Under the pieces are notes generated by a model. The model had not been told where the DNA came from. It saw nothing but the letters and a program-made list of their open reading frames with translations, and made no database searches. Below, piece by piece: positions 1 to 9,265 of a stretch of 64,000 nucleotides of DNA. The DNA lies in assembly GCA_963713705.1 (NCBI GenBank), contig CAVQMY010000054.1, positions 52,314 through 116,313 of the forward strand, in the 5' to 3' direction. Source of the DNA: an uncultured Verrucomicrobiae bacterium. Its GTDB lineage: Bacteria > Verrucomicrobiota > Verrucomicrobiia > Palsa-1439. Positions within the stretch are counted from its first letter, which is position 1, and each line of letters begins with the position of its first letter. The translations under genes were made by a program, and so were the position numbers.

Positions 1-2500
1 GTAAAATTGTTGGGTGGCACTGGGCGGCACCGAATTGGTGACGGACACCATCCCGCCCGTCCCCAGTATGTTGCTGGCCACGGTTGACCAAGCTCCGGTT
101 ACGAGATCGCTCGTGCTCTCCACGGCGTAAGAGGCCCCGTTTGTCGTAACAAAACTGATAACCACATTACTCCCGTTGAGCACCTGGAAGGAACTGATAT
201 TGAAGGGACCTGCGGGAACTGACGATACGCATCCCGTGATGCTCATGCTGTTAAAATAGAAATCGTAATTTGCGCCTTGTCCGGCAAACTGGTTGTACAG
301 CGCGACGCTATTGATGGCGGAGCCGGGCGTGCCCCCCAGCGTGCCCGTGACCGTGGTGGAAACGGCCGGGTTGTTCCCCACGATCGCCAGCGAAAACGTA
401 TCCGGGCTGGTCAAGGTGAAGCTCAACGTCAATCCATTGTCCGTATACCCCAGGCTGGTATTGATCGGCGGCGCGGCCGGATTGGTGAAGATTTGATACG
501 CACCGATCCCGCCACCGAGATACGAAAACTCAAAGCGCTCGCCATCGTTCTTGTTGGCGGTGTCGTTGCCGGTACGCAGGATCCAGCCCACGGCACCGCC
601 CCCGGAGTTGACATACCCGTTGTCCATCGAGATGTTAAATGACTGGCCGACGCCCAACGAACCTTCCGCGAAGCTCCGACAGGCCACGGCTGTGCCCTGA
701 GACCCGTTGGTATTGGCATACAATCCCCACGATTTGCCGTTGACATCGATTCCCAAGGAGGGGATGACGCCGTTGCTGGTGGATGAGCCGATGAAGAAAC
801 CTGCATTGGACGAGTTACTCGTCGGACTCATGGTCCACGCACCAAAACCATATCCCCCGTTCAATCCGCTGGACCAGGCTAATGGGTAGGCGTTGGTATA
901 GGCCGGGTCGTTCGCAGTATCCGAAGCAAGAATCCCGCAGGTTATGGATCCGGAACCTCCCACTTGAATCGATACATCCGCGATATTCACCGAATCAGCG
1001 TACCCGTCGTAAACGCTGTAGCGGAACGTGTCGGTGCCGGTGAAGCCGACCGCTGGGGTGTAGGAGAACGAGCCGTCCGCGTTTAACGTCAGTTGACCAT
1101 TCGTCGGACCGCTCACCAACACGGCCGAAAGTTGGATCCCGGGCTGGCCCAAGTTAATGTCCAAATCGTTGGCCAGCACCCCCGCAGCGCTGCTGACTGT
1201 CAGGGTCACTCCCGACGTGGTCGTGTACGCGTCCGCGACTGCCAGCGGCCCTCCCAGGTATTGTTGGAGCATTGGATTGATCCCAAAAGCCGCCTTCGTG
1301 TTCCACGCTGACCAGTCATTGGAAATGGTGGTGGTCGAACTGGTCTGAATATTCGGAGTGGACGGCCACGTGCCGACGGGGTCGTAGAGGCCCCAACCGT
1401 CCGGGGGAGAGCCGTGAATGGCTTTATACGACCAAACGGACCAGCTCATGTTGTTCGTATCGAACTGCTGAACAAAGTACGGCCAAGCGTTGGTTGTACC
1501 ATAACAATTGAACTCGCCGATGAGGCAGGGAACATTCCATGACTGATGGTTTTGGAAGTCGCTCACCTGCTTGTCGGCTTCCGCTTCCTCACCCGACAGG
1601 CTGTTGGTGCCCGGGTAGGAGTGCATCTCATAGACGACGTTGCTCCAGTTGTACTGCGCGGGATTTGGCAGAACGTCCCACTGCCAGTTTAATGACTCGG
1701 CGTTGGTGCCCGTGCCGGTCCATGTTCCCTCCATCATAATCATGTGATTGGTGTCAACCACTCGAACCGTCTGGTACAGGCTATTGTACGCGGACCAGAT
1801 CGCGGTTTGCGTCGGCGCGCCACTCGGCTCGTTGATGAGGTCGTAACCGGCCATGGCGGGGTTCCCCACGAAGTGGGCCGCGACATTGGACCAGATGACA
1901 GTCGTTTGGTTCTGGTCACTGCTACTCGTCCAGTACTGGTTCTGGTTCTGTTGCCCGGTGGATTCGCTGCTGTTCTGTCCACCGGGCACGCCGTGCAAGT
2001 CGATGATGGTGTACAGTCCGCGTTGCCAGGCATTGCTCACGACCCAATCCATCCGATCAAAGGCGTCGGCGCGCCACGTGCCACTCAACGTTTGGACATC
2101 CCCCCACCAGAACGGCATCCGGACGTAGTTCATGCCCATCGCCCGGATGTTGTCGAGGTCGTTGGTCGTAATCCACGTATATTGGTAGGTCCTGATCAAA
2201 CTTTGCTCGGTACTGACAGTGAACCGGGTGTCGAGTTCTTGAACAACAGAGTAATTGTCGCTCACAACCCCGGAGGCGTCCATCGGGCACATCCAGCCTT
2301 CCATAATGAGCCAGGTCCCCAGATTCACGCCGCGCAACTGGACCACGTCCCCTGTTCCGTGGCCATTACGAATGTTGATGCCATTGGCGACCAGAAAGGG
2401 ATCCGGATCGGCCGCCCGTCCTGCCGAAAGGAGCAGAACGCCCCACAGGCACGCGGCGGCAACTGCCACCGGCGAGAACGTTCGTCGCGAAGCGTTCATG
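1..2500 (-). CDS. Secreted GH5-family glycoside hydrolase (cellulase/beta-glycanase type) fused to a cadherin/VCBS-like domain, one copy of an uncharacterised ~230-aa GGYGF module and a ~75-aa terminal domain. The last few C-terminal residues lie outside the window.
   Basis: Absent from the ORF track because no stop lies in the window. My own minus-strand translation from ATG 2500-2498 is open to position 2. It gives MNASRRTFSPVAVAAACLWGVLLLSAGRA (signal peptide), GYDLINEPSG (GH5 acid/base NEP), CLIGEFN (nucleophile), GVLANDLD...LNADGSFSYTP...GTDTFRYSVYDG (cadherin/VCBS-like), then LNGGYGFGAWT...GERFEFSY...TGTLGGTPGSAINSVALY, ending ...PPSATQQFY at the edge. Confidence 0.8.
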
Positions 2501-2503
2501 ATA

Positions 2504-3127
2504 TCATTGTTGTCCCAACGTGATGGAGTTGGTCGGTTCAAGAAACGCGTCGTCAAGCCGGAGGGCTCCACCGCGAGTTCCGTCCACGGGCGATGGGGTC
2601 ACAATCACCAGCACTCGCAGCGTACCACTGTTCGCGGAACCGGACACGGTCAGCTTCTGCCAGTTGTCCGCTGGAAGATCAGCCACCTTGTACAGTTTGG
2701 AGGCGACTGCTTGCTGGCTCCCGTCCACGGTCGATTCCAGACGCAACTCGATGCTCACGGCGTCCTTGCTGGGATTCTTGGCTTTGTCCACGCTGACGTA
2801 AATGCCAAACGTGTACGACGCACCTGTGACCGCGCCGGCGACGTCTTGATAGACCCCGGAATCCCTCGCACTGGGAATTTCCCAATGATGGTAGCCGAGG
2901 ATGCAATGCCCGCTGTGCACCGGCGTCCAGCTTTCCTCGCGGTTGAACCAGTCGCCCCATCGGCTCCAACCTGCGGCCCGGTCCGGCGCATCGCCCGGAT
3001 CCTCAAATGACGGATTTGCGAGTTTCGGAGCCGTTGGCTCCTCCGCAATTGACACCTTCGCCAGCACGCTTTCCGCGGAGATCAAAAGACAACCTGCGGC
3101 GGCAAACCATTTTCCGAGACGATTCAT
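2504..3127 (-). CDS. Secreted carbohydrate-binding-module-like protein (CBM4/9/22-type jelly-roll pattern)
   Basis: Track ORF 2504..3250. The internal ATG at 3127 gives signal peptide MNRLGKWFAAAGCLLISAESVLA. The mature part starts NPSFEDPGD...AAGWSRWGDW. The stop lies 3 nt upstream of the GH5 start, suggesting one operon. Confidence 0.55.
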   Translation of the reverse strand: MNRLGKWFAAAGCLLISAESVLAKVSIAEEPTAPKLANPSFEDPGDAPDRAAGWSRWGDWFNREESWTPVHSGHCILGYHHWEIPSARDSGVYQDVAGAVTGASYTFGIYVSVDKAKNPSKDAVSIELRLESTVDGSQQAVASKLYKVADLPADNWQKLTVSGSANSGTLRVLVIVTPSPVDGTRGGALRLDDAFLEPTNSITLGQQ

Positions 3128-3168
3128 TTCGTTGCGCGCTTCTTTCTCGCCATAGAGTTTCCACCAAC

Positions 3169-3891
3169 CTAATGCCACCCGACGGTCCAGAACGGTGACC
3201 ATAGATTGTCTGCGGTAATGTTTGCAAAATATGTCCCGCTCGACACCCATTCTGCATGGCCGTCAACGTACCCGCAGTTGATCCCAGCGTGCGGAAGAAA
3301 GCCCGGTTGCCAGTTCGGAAACACCATGTCAGACAGCAGGGTTGCAGTGGAGGGATTGGCCACAACGCTGAGACGGCGACCTGGCGGCGTCCCACTGGAG
3401 GGCGAATTGAACTCGTCGGGATCATGACACGACTCGTAACTGTTGTACTGATAATCGCACGCGTTCGGTTGCAGCAGAAAATTACCGCCGTATACAGCCG
3501 GCAAGATCTGCGCATTCGGGCACTTGAAAACCTGGGTGATATGATTCGGCATGTTAGCGATCTGGGGACCAATGACATCCTGAAAATAGTTGGTTACCTG
3601 CCCTCCTGAGGGCTCATGGACGTACTGGGGCGATTCGTAACTCAAGACTATCCCAATCGGCAGTTCTTCATCGTTGTCATTCGCATACATGATACAGGCC
3701 ATCGTGATCTGCTTCACATTGTTCAAGCACTCGGCGCGTTTCGCCATCTGGCGCGCTTTCGCCAGCGCGGGCAACAGCATCCCCGCTAGGATCCCGATAA
3801 TGGCGATGACCACCAGCAATTCGATCAGCGTGAACCCTTCCCGACGATGCGAACTCGCCGGCCGGAATACCAATCGTGATGTGCCGCTCAT
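3169..3891 (-). CDS. DUF1559-type protein with prepilin-type N-terminal cleavage/methylation domain (PVC pseudopilin-like family)
   Basis: N-terminus ...[47 protein letters not shown]-terminal ...[16 protein letters not shown] resembles the H-X9-DG-type tail of DUF1559 proteins. Confidence 0.85.
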   Translation of the reverse strand: MSGTSRLVFRPASSHRREGFTLIELLVVIAIIGILAGMLLPALAKARQMAKRAECLNNVKQITMACIMYANDNDEELPIGIVLSYESPQYVHEPSGGQVTNYFQDVIGPQIANMPNHITQVFKCPNAQILPAVYGGNFLLQPNACDYQYNSYESCHDPDEFNSPSSGTPPGRRLSVVANPSTATLLSDMVFPNWQPGFLPHAGINCGYVDGHAEWVSSGTYFANITADNLWSPFWTVGWH

Positions 3892-3928
3892 GTTCGATCT
3901 GCTCTGTGTGCGACCTTCATTGCCACAC

Positions 3929-5440
3929 CTAGATCACGCAATTCTCCTCGATTACCTTCGCGTACCAATCGGCGCTGAGTTTCGGGATTCTCTGAAGCGT
4001 CTGGTAATCGACGTGGACCATGCCAAATCGTTTCGCGTAACCCTCCGCCCATTCGTAGTTGTCCAGCAACGACCAGAGGAAATACCCGCGAACATCAAAC
4101 CCCTCACGGATGGCGCGATGCAGCGAGATCAGGTGATTTCTCAGATACTCGCGCCGGCCCAGGTCGTGGACTTCGCCACTTGGCAATACCTGGTCGACGT
4201 ACGGCGCGCCATTCTCGGTGATGTAGACCGTCTCCACGCCGTATACTTCGCGGGCGTGACGAATCCCCCAATACATGGCCTGGGGCACGATGTTTAGCCA
4301 CGAAATGTCCGCTTTGGGATACTGCGAAGGCAGTGCGATCCGTTCCGCCTCGCCGTTGGATCCCCGTCGCACGAATTCACCGAAGTAGACGTTCAAACCA
4401 AGAAAGTCCGTCTTCTGTGAAATCAATTCGAGATCGCCCGGTTCGACCTTCGGCGCATCGGCGCCCGCACGTTTGAGGAATGCGGCTGTATAGGATCCTC
4501 CATACAGCGGCCCCATCAGTTGTTCGGTTTCCCTTAGATATTCCGCTCGCGCCGCAGTGATATCGGCTGCGGTTTCCGTCACCGGCACAGGCACCGGTGG
4601 ATTGTGAACGAGCCCAACGCGCGACCGTTTGCCGCCCAGTTCGCGAACCGCTTCCACGGCATAACCGTGAGCCAGCAACGCGTGATGATAAATTTGATTG
4701 ATCACCGCGGCGGATTCCTTTGCTCCGGGCGCATCGCAACCGTGCAGGTAGCCGCAGGGCACAAACCGCAGGATCTCGTTCATCGACATCCAGTTCTTGA
4801 CCCGATCGCCCAGCCGCTGCACAACCAGTTGCGCGTACCGCCCAAACGCCTGTGGCGTGGCGCGGACGCGCCACCCCCCACGGTCTTCGAGCGCCTGCGG
4901 CAGGTCCCAATGATACAAGGTTATCCAGGGCGTGACACCGTTTTCCAACAGCGCGTCGATCAGTCGGTCATAGAAGTCCAGACCCTTGGGGTTCGGTGCG
5001 CCATCCCCCTGGGGGAAGATTCGCGGCCACGCCACCGATAGCCGATAGTTCGGGATGCCCAGGCGCCCCAGCAATGCCACGTCTTCGCGATACCGATGAT
5101 AATGGTCGCAAGCCACGGTCGGCGTGTCGATCTTCCGCACCCTGGCAAAGCGATCCCAAATCGATTCGCCCTTGCCGTCCTCGAACGCGGCCCCTTCGAT
5201 TTGCGCCGCCGCCGTTGCCACGCCCCACGCAAACGCTCGCGGGAAACCGTAGCTCCGGCGACGAAGGGCGCGACCGAGTTTGGAGGCGCCGGGGGGCGCG
5301 TTGGATCGCCTGACGGGGGCAACGACCGGTGGCGTCGTCAACTCCGGTTGCCGCAGGGTCGTCGAGCCGGACTGCGACGAGACCACCGCGTCGGCTGGGC
5401 CGGATGCCTGGCTCATCACTTGGCCTCCAATCGCACCCAC
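3929..5440 (-). CDS. GH1 family beta-glucosidase
   Basis: [19 protein letters not shown] near the N-terminus, WMSMNEI (acid/base NE) and [10 protein letters not shown] (nucleophile ITENG). There is a ~65-aa N-terminal extension, so the true start may be internal. Confidence 0.9.
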   Translation of the reverse strand: MGAIGGQVMSQASGPADAVVSSQSGSTTLRQPELTTPPVVAPVRRSNAPPGASKLGRALRRRSYGFPRAFAWGVATAAAQIEGAAFEDGKGESIWDRFARVRKIDTPTVACDHYHRYREDVALLGRLGIPNYRLSVAWPRIFPQGDGAPNPKGLDFYDRLIDALLENGVTPWITLYHWDLPQALEDRGGWRVRATPQAFGRYAQLVVQRLGDRVKNWMSMNEILRFVPCGYLHGCDAPGAKESAAVINQIYHHALLAHGYAVEAVRELGGKRSRVGLVHNPPVPVPVTETAADITAARAEYLRETEQLMGPLYGGSYTAAFLKRAGADAPKVEPGDLELISQKTDFLGLNVYFGEFVRRGSNGEAERIALPSQYPKADISWLNIVPQAMYWGIRHAREVYGVETVYITENGAPYVDQVLPSGEVHDLGRREYLRNHLISLHRAIREGFDVRGYFLWSLLDNYEWAEGYAKRFGMVHVDYQTLQRIPKLSADWYAKVIEENCVI

Positions 5441-5591
5441 GCCATCGATGCCAACCCGCAGGCCAATGGAGGCGCAGCCACGCTGCGGTTCGCCAAGTCA
5501 TGAACGAGGTTTGGTTGTTCTTTGCTTGTCTTCTCACCCATCGTGACTGCGCTCCATAATCCCTGGTGACATCGACCGGTTTCCGAACGTC

Positions 5592-5607
5592 TTGGTATCG
5601 ATATCAT
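5592..5607. promoter_or_regulatory. Candidate LacI-type operator, 14/16 match to palindrome TTGGTATCGATACCAA
   Basis: TTGGTATCGATATCAT lies ~150 nt upstream of the GH1 operon start. It is related to the sites at 6088, 16116 and 19088. Confidence 0.5.
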
Positions 5608-5622
5608 ACCCCGACCAATCTG

Positions 5623-5938
5623 TCAAGCGTAATTGGCGACCCCAGACTGGCTGTCGAAGAGGACCATGTGGTCGCCCGTCCCGGAGACGGCCTGCTGCAC
5701 GCCCTGCAACACCCGGCCAAAATAATAAGCACCCAACGACCTGCGAAATGGGGTAATCATGCCCAGCAAAGACGTGCGATTGCTCATGAACTGGCGCGCC
5801 ATCATATTGATGCGACAATCGAGCTTCTTGGGCCCCACCAAGATCACCTTGCGGCTGGGTGCCGACACAAATCCCCTGTCCGACTGCGCCCGCGAAACCG
5901 TCATTATCGACATCCCCGTCGCGCGCGATATCATCCAT
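5623..5938 (-). pseudogene. Truncated LacI-family regulator (HTH plus the first ~60 aa of the sugar-binding core only)
   Basis: ORF 5623..5934 reads MISRATGMSIMTVSRA...ARQFMSNRTSLLGMITPF...YYFGRVLQGVQQAVSGTGDHMVLFDS. This aligns with the intact LacI at 10457..11629 (MGDIARETGLSPMTVSRV...ARQLRAQHTFQLGVVAPF...LGHILQGIQQVLTGTDYHIALFDS). It stops after ~103 aa with no LacI-like continuation in any frame. An alternative MDDIAR start lies in a neighbouring frame across a GCGCGCG tract. Confidence 0.6.
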
Positions 5939-6087
5939 CGCGCCCACTGTTTTTGGGTCGCTGGCGCTCATGTGACGCTGTCGATAATACATCTTGTACC
6001 GTGTTGTCAACGACTTGCAGCATATCGTTACCCCCTCGGATGATCCGGAAAAACGCGCGGAATTCCTTTGACAAACCGGGTGATCTT

Positions 6088-6103
6088 ATGGTATCGATAA
6101 CAC
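6088..6103. promoter_or_regulatory. Candidate LacI-type operator (13/16 match) overlapping a possible sigma70 promoter
   Basis: ATGGTATCGATAACAC lies 59-74 nt upstream of ATG 6162. TTGACA at 6069-6074 is followed by TATCGA after an 18-nt spacer. Confidence 0.45.
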
Positions 6104-6161
6104 AACGACGGGGATTTATGCCGGTTGGTAACATACTTTTCAACCCACAGGAGAAGCGTAC

Positions 6162-7901
6162 ATGAAGAGAGCATGTTTAGTCATCACCGCCATCGTTATG
6201 CTAGCCACTGCGGCCAGCGCCGCCAATGTCGCCTTCGACAGCGCCGCGGATCCAGCCTACTCCGGCGGATGGTCGGGTACCAACGGTGGCTATGGGTTCA
6301 CCGCGTGGACACTCGTCCCGCTGCCCTGCGCCAGTAACGGGTATTTCTACGTCAACGATGCCGTCAATGGCTGCAACCATACCGCTCCCGGCATCGATAC
6401 CTCCGGCGTCGCGTGGGGTATGTCGTCCGACACCAACAGTCTGTTTTGCAGCACGAATGACGTGCCACAAGTTGGCGCGGTCGCTTATCGCGGCTTCACC
6501 GGCGGCCGATTGAGCGTCGGTCAGACTTTCGAAATTTATGTTCAACACGGCAGCGTCGATGGCGGGCTCGGCATCGAGTTTCGCACCAGCACCGATATGT
6601 CGTCTCATAGCGCTGGCGAACGCCTCAACCTGTACCGCAGCCCCAACACAGACTGGTTGATCTGGGACAAAGATGCGGCGGCGACCAATGGCGCCGTCGA
6701 CACCGGTATGCCGTGGGACACTGCCGGCTACAAAGTTGACTTTACCCTGACCGGTGTGGATAGCTACTCTCTCACGATTTCCAATCTGGATCCGTCGACC
6801 AGCGTGGCTTCCGTCACCACGACCGGCACGTTGAATGGCGCGTCCGGTGCGGGACTCGATAGCGTTGCGCTGTACACCGAGAGTCCTTTCAGCTACTGCT
6901 ACCAAAACGTGTACTGGAACAGCATGAGCGTGACCGGCCCCGCTCAACCGAACATCGCCAACGAAGCTTCTGATAGCGCCGCCGACGTCGCCTACACAAA
7001 CTCCTACCCCAACACCTGGGCCACTGGCCTCAACGGCGGCTATGGGTTCAGTCCGTGGACCATGTATGTGCTCGCGGGCGACGGGTACTTCTACGCGAAT
7101 GATTGCACCCAGGGCTGCTGTGGGGCCAGCAACCCCCGCACCTTGCCGGGGATCGACACCACGGGGCCAAATGGGCCCCAAGCCTGGGGAATCTCGGCGG
7201 ACACGAATACCGTCGCCGCACCTTCTCAAGCCCAAGTGTTCGCCACGCGCGGATTCAACGGCGGGTCATTGGCCGTGGGCCAACTCTTTGAGATGCGGGT
7301 CCAGAATTCATACGTCGATGGCGGCGCGGTCGGAATCGACTTCCGCACAGGCAACAGCCAGTCGGCCTACAACAGCGGGGAACGTCTGAGCCTGTACTTC
7401 AACGGCAGTCCGCACATTTACGATGGTCATGCGAACCCGTCGTTGTTGGGATACGACACCGGCGGCTTCCAGGTTGACTTCAATCTGACCGGCATCGATA
7501 CGTACTCGCTCACCTTGTCGAACCTGAGCAGCGGCGCCTCAACCAACGTCACGGGAACCCTCTCCGGCACGGCCGGCTCGGGAATCGACAGCATCGCGGT
7601 GTATAACCTTCAAAACCTGTCTGATGCATGGCACAACTTTTACGCCAACAGCCTGCGCGTGACGAGCACCGTCGCTCCCGTCATCAAGTCGGCCAGGTTG
7701 TTCCAGGGCACCAATGCGGTGATCTCCTTCCAGTCCATCTCCAATGCCGTGTATTACCTTCAGCGAGCCCCCGATATGTCCGGCACCAACTGGTCCACCG
7801 TGCTCACCAACGTGACCGGCAATGGGGGGATACTCGACCTCACTAATTCGCTGCCCGGGCCTGCCCAGAAACAGTTCTATCGCGTCGGCAAGCCCTATTG
7901 A
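6162..7901 (+). CDS. Secreted protein made of two tandem copies of the uncharacterised GGYGF module plus the same terminal ...QFYR domain as the GH5 enzyme
   Basis: Signal peptide MKRACLVITAIVMLATAASA. Repeat 1 spans aa 24-259 and repeat 2 aa 268-502 (shared anchors NGGYGF.(A/P)WT, PGIDT.G, GERL.LY, YSLT.SNL, TGTL.G..G.G.DS.A.Y). The C-terminus ...NWSTVLTNVTGNGGILDLTNSLPGPAQKQFYRVGKPY parallels the GH5 end. Confidence 0.75.
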   Translation: MKRACLVITAIVMLATAASAANVAFDSAADPAYSGGWSGTNGGYGFTAWTLVPLPCASNGYFYVNDAVNGCNHTAPGIDTSGVAWGMSSDTNSLFCSTNDVPQVGAVAYRGFTGGRLSVGQTFEIYVQHGSVDGGLGIEFRTSTDMSSHSAGERLNLYRSPNTDWLIWDKDAAATNGAVDTGMPWDTAGYKVDFTLTGVDSYSLTISNLDPSTSVASVTTTGTLNGASGAGLDSVALYTESPFSYCYQNVYWNSMSVTGPAQPNIANEASDSAADVAYTNSYPNTWATGLNGGYGFSPWTMYVLAGDGYFYANDCTQGCCGASNPRTLPGIDTTGPNGPQAWGISADTNTVAAPSQAQVFATRGFNGGSLAVGQLFEMRVQNSYVDGGAVGIDFRTGNSQSAYNSGERLSLYFNGSPHIYDGHANPSLLGYDTGGFQVDFNLTGIDTYSLTLSNLSSGASTNVTGTLSGTAGSGIDSIAVYNLQNLSDAWHNFYANSLRVTSTVAPVIKSARLFQGTNAVISFQSISNAVYYLQRAPDMSGTNWSTVLTNVTGNGGILDLTNSLPGPAQKQFYRVGKPY

Positions 7902-7949
7902 GAACTGGATAATACACTGGCATTTTCACCGCCGATAGCCGATTGGCTC

Positions 7950-9265
7950 CTAGCAGGCTACTAAAGAAGTCTGCATTACGGCAGTGGTTTGGGTGATGGC
8001 GGTTTGGGAGGGCTGTAACGATGCCCTGTCCTGAGTGTCGTGCGGGTTGAGCCAACAGTTCGACATAATCGGTCGGTTCATGAACTGGTCTCCAAACGAA
8101 CCAGTCGCACCAAGTTGTACGCGCTGACCGTCACCAGGACCTCTTGGGCAATCTTCCACCGACCTACGAAGCGGGTTCGGGCCAGCCGGCCCACCGTCTT
8201 GCACCAGCCGAAGATTTCTTCGACCCGTTTGCGGAGGCGTTGGCTGACCCGGTAGCGCGCCGTGCGCATCCGCTGCCGTGCTCGGTGGCGGGCCCGCCCG
8301 GCCGCATCCCGGGCCACGAGGCGCCCCGGCGAATCGGCACGTGCGGTTCGATCCCGGTGCGCTCCAACTGCGCCAGAAACTTGCCGTCCTGGTAACCGCC
8401 ATCCAGGCCCAGCGTTCGCGGATGCAGTCGCTGTCGACGTTTGGCGCGTCGCACCAACGCCCGCGCTTGCCGCCGCTCGGCGTGTCCGTCCGCGGCATCC
8501 ACGGCGACGCCGACGCACAGACCGTGACGGTTCTCCATTAACACGTGCGCGCTGTGGCACAACTGCGCCTCCTTGCCCAGGCCCTTGCGCGCCAAGCGGG
8601 CTTGGGGATCGGTGGCACTCTGGTGGGTGTCGTTGGTGCGACGCTGCCCATGAAAGTTCACCGTCGGATTGCCCGGATCGTCGGGCGGTTCGCTGGACGC
8701 GGCGCCGTCCTTGGGCTGCACGCTCTTCAGGCTGGCCCACGAGCGTAGCAACGTGCCGTCCACCGTAAAGTGTTCGTCACTGACGTAGCCTTCCAGCATC
8801 GCTTGGCGCACCAGCGCATCGAAGAACGCCTGCACCAATCCATGCTCGGCAAAACGCTCACGGTTGACGCTGAACACTTCCGGCGTCCACGCGCGTTGCT
8901 CCAACGGCAAGTCCACGAACCACCGATACAGTTGGTTGAACTCGATATGCTCCATCAGGGCGATCTCACTACGGATCGAGTACAGCGCTTGCAGCAGCAG
9001 GGCTTTGAGCAATTGCTCCGGCGGAATGGAGGGCCGCCCCAGCGAACTATAGGCGCGGGTAAACTGCCGATTCATCTGGGCCAACAGTTCGTCACAGCGG
9101 CGCTTGATGGGCCGCAATGGATGGTTCGGGGGCACCCGCTGCTCCAACGAAACGACCACAAACAACGACTCTTGCCGATCAATCTGTCCACGCATGCGAA
9201 ACCCTCCCTGTTCGCCACGTCAGTATAACCGGCCCGTCAACCCGACTTCTTTAGTGCCCTGCTAG
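7950..9265 (-). mobile_element. IS5-family insertion sequence, copy 1 (1316 bp)
   Basis: Terminal inverted repeats CTAGCAGGCTACTAAAGAAGT (7950-7970) and ACTTCTTTAGTGCCCTGCTAG (9245-9265). CTAG is present at both ends. It is nearly identical to the copy at 46927..48243. Confidence 0.85.
8078..9195 (-). pseudogene. IS5-family DDE transposase (DUF772 N-terminus) split across two frames
   Basis: ORF 8164..9195 carries MRGQIDRQESLFVV...HFTVDGTLLRSW...LGLDGGYQDGKF (the two D residues). ORF 8078..8740 carries the C-terminal ...YRVSQRLRKRVEEIFGWCKTVGRLARTRFVGRWKIAQEVLVTVSAYNLVRL (E motif) in the -1 frame. The junction is at GCCGGGGCGC (G4 here, G5 in copy 2). Confidence 0.8.

Noticed and set aside
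1744-2523. 259-aa plus-strand ORF, representative of many long antisense ORFs (also 6201..7235, 11869..13185, 16874..17818, 25373..26811, 31545..32627, 33647..34696, 36529..37452, 40052..41113, 50951..51955, 53739..54740)
   Set aside because: Each lies antisense to, or out of frame with, a gene that has clear family motifs. Their Arg/Gly/Pro/Ala-rich, low-complexity composition is typical of spurious ORFs in GC-rich DNA.
8290-8330. Programmed -1 frameshifting as the normal expression mode of the IS5-family transposase
   Set aside because: The junction (CGCCGGGGCGCC) is not a canonical X XXY YYZ slippery heptamer. Copy 2 shows that a single extra G fuses the frames directly, so a mutational or consensus-error origin is more parsimonious.
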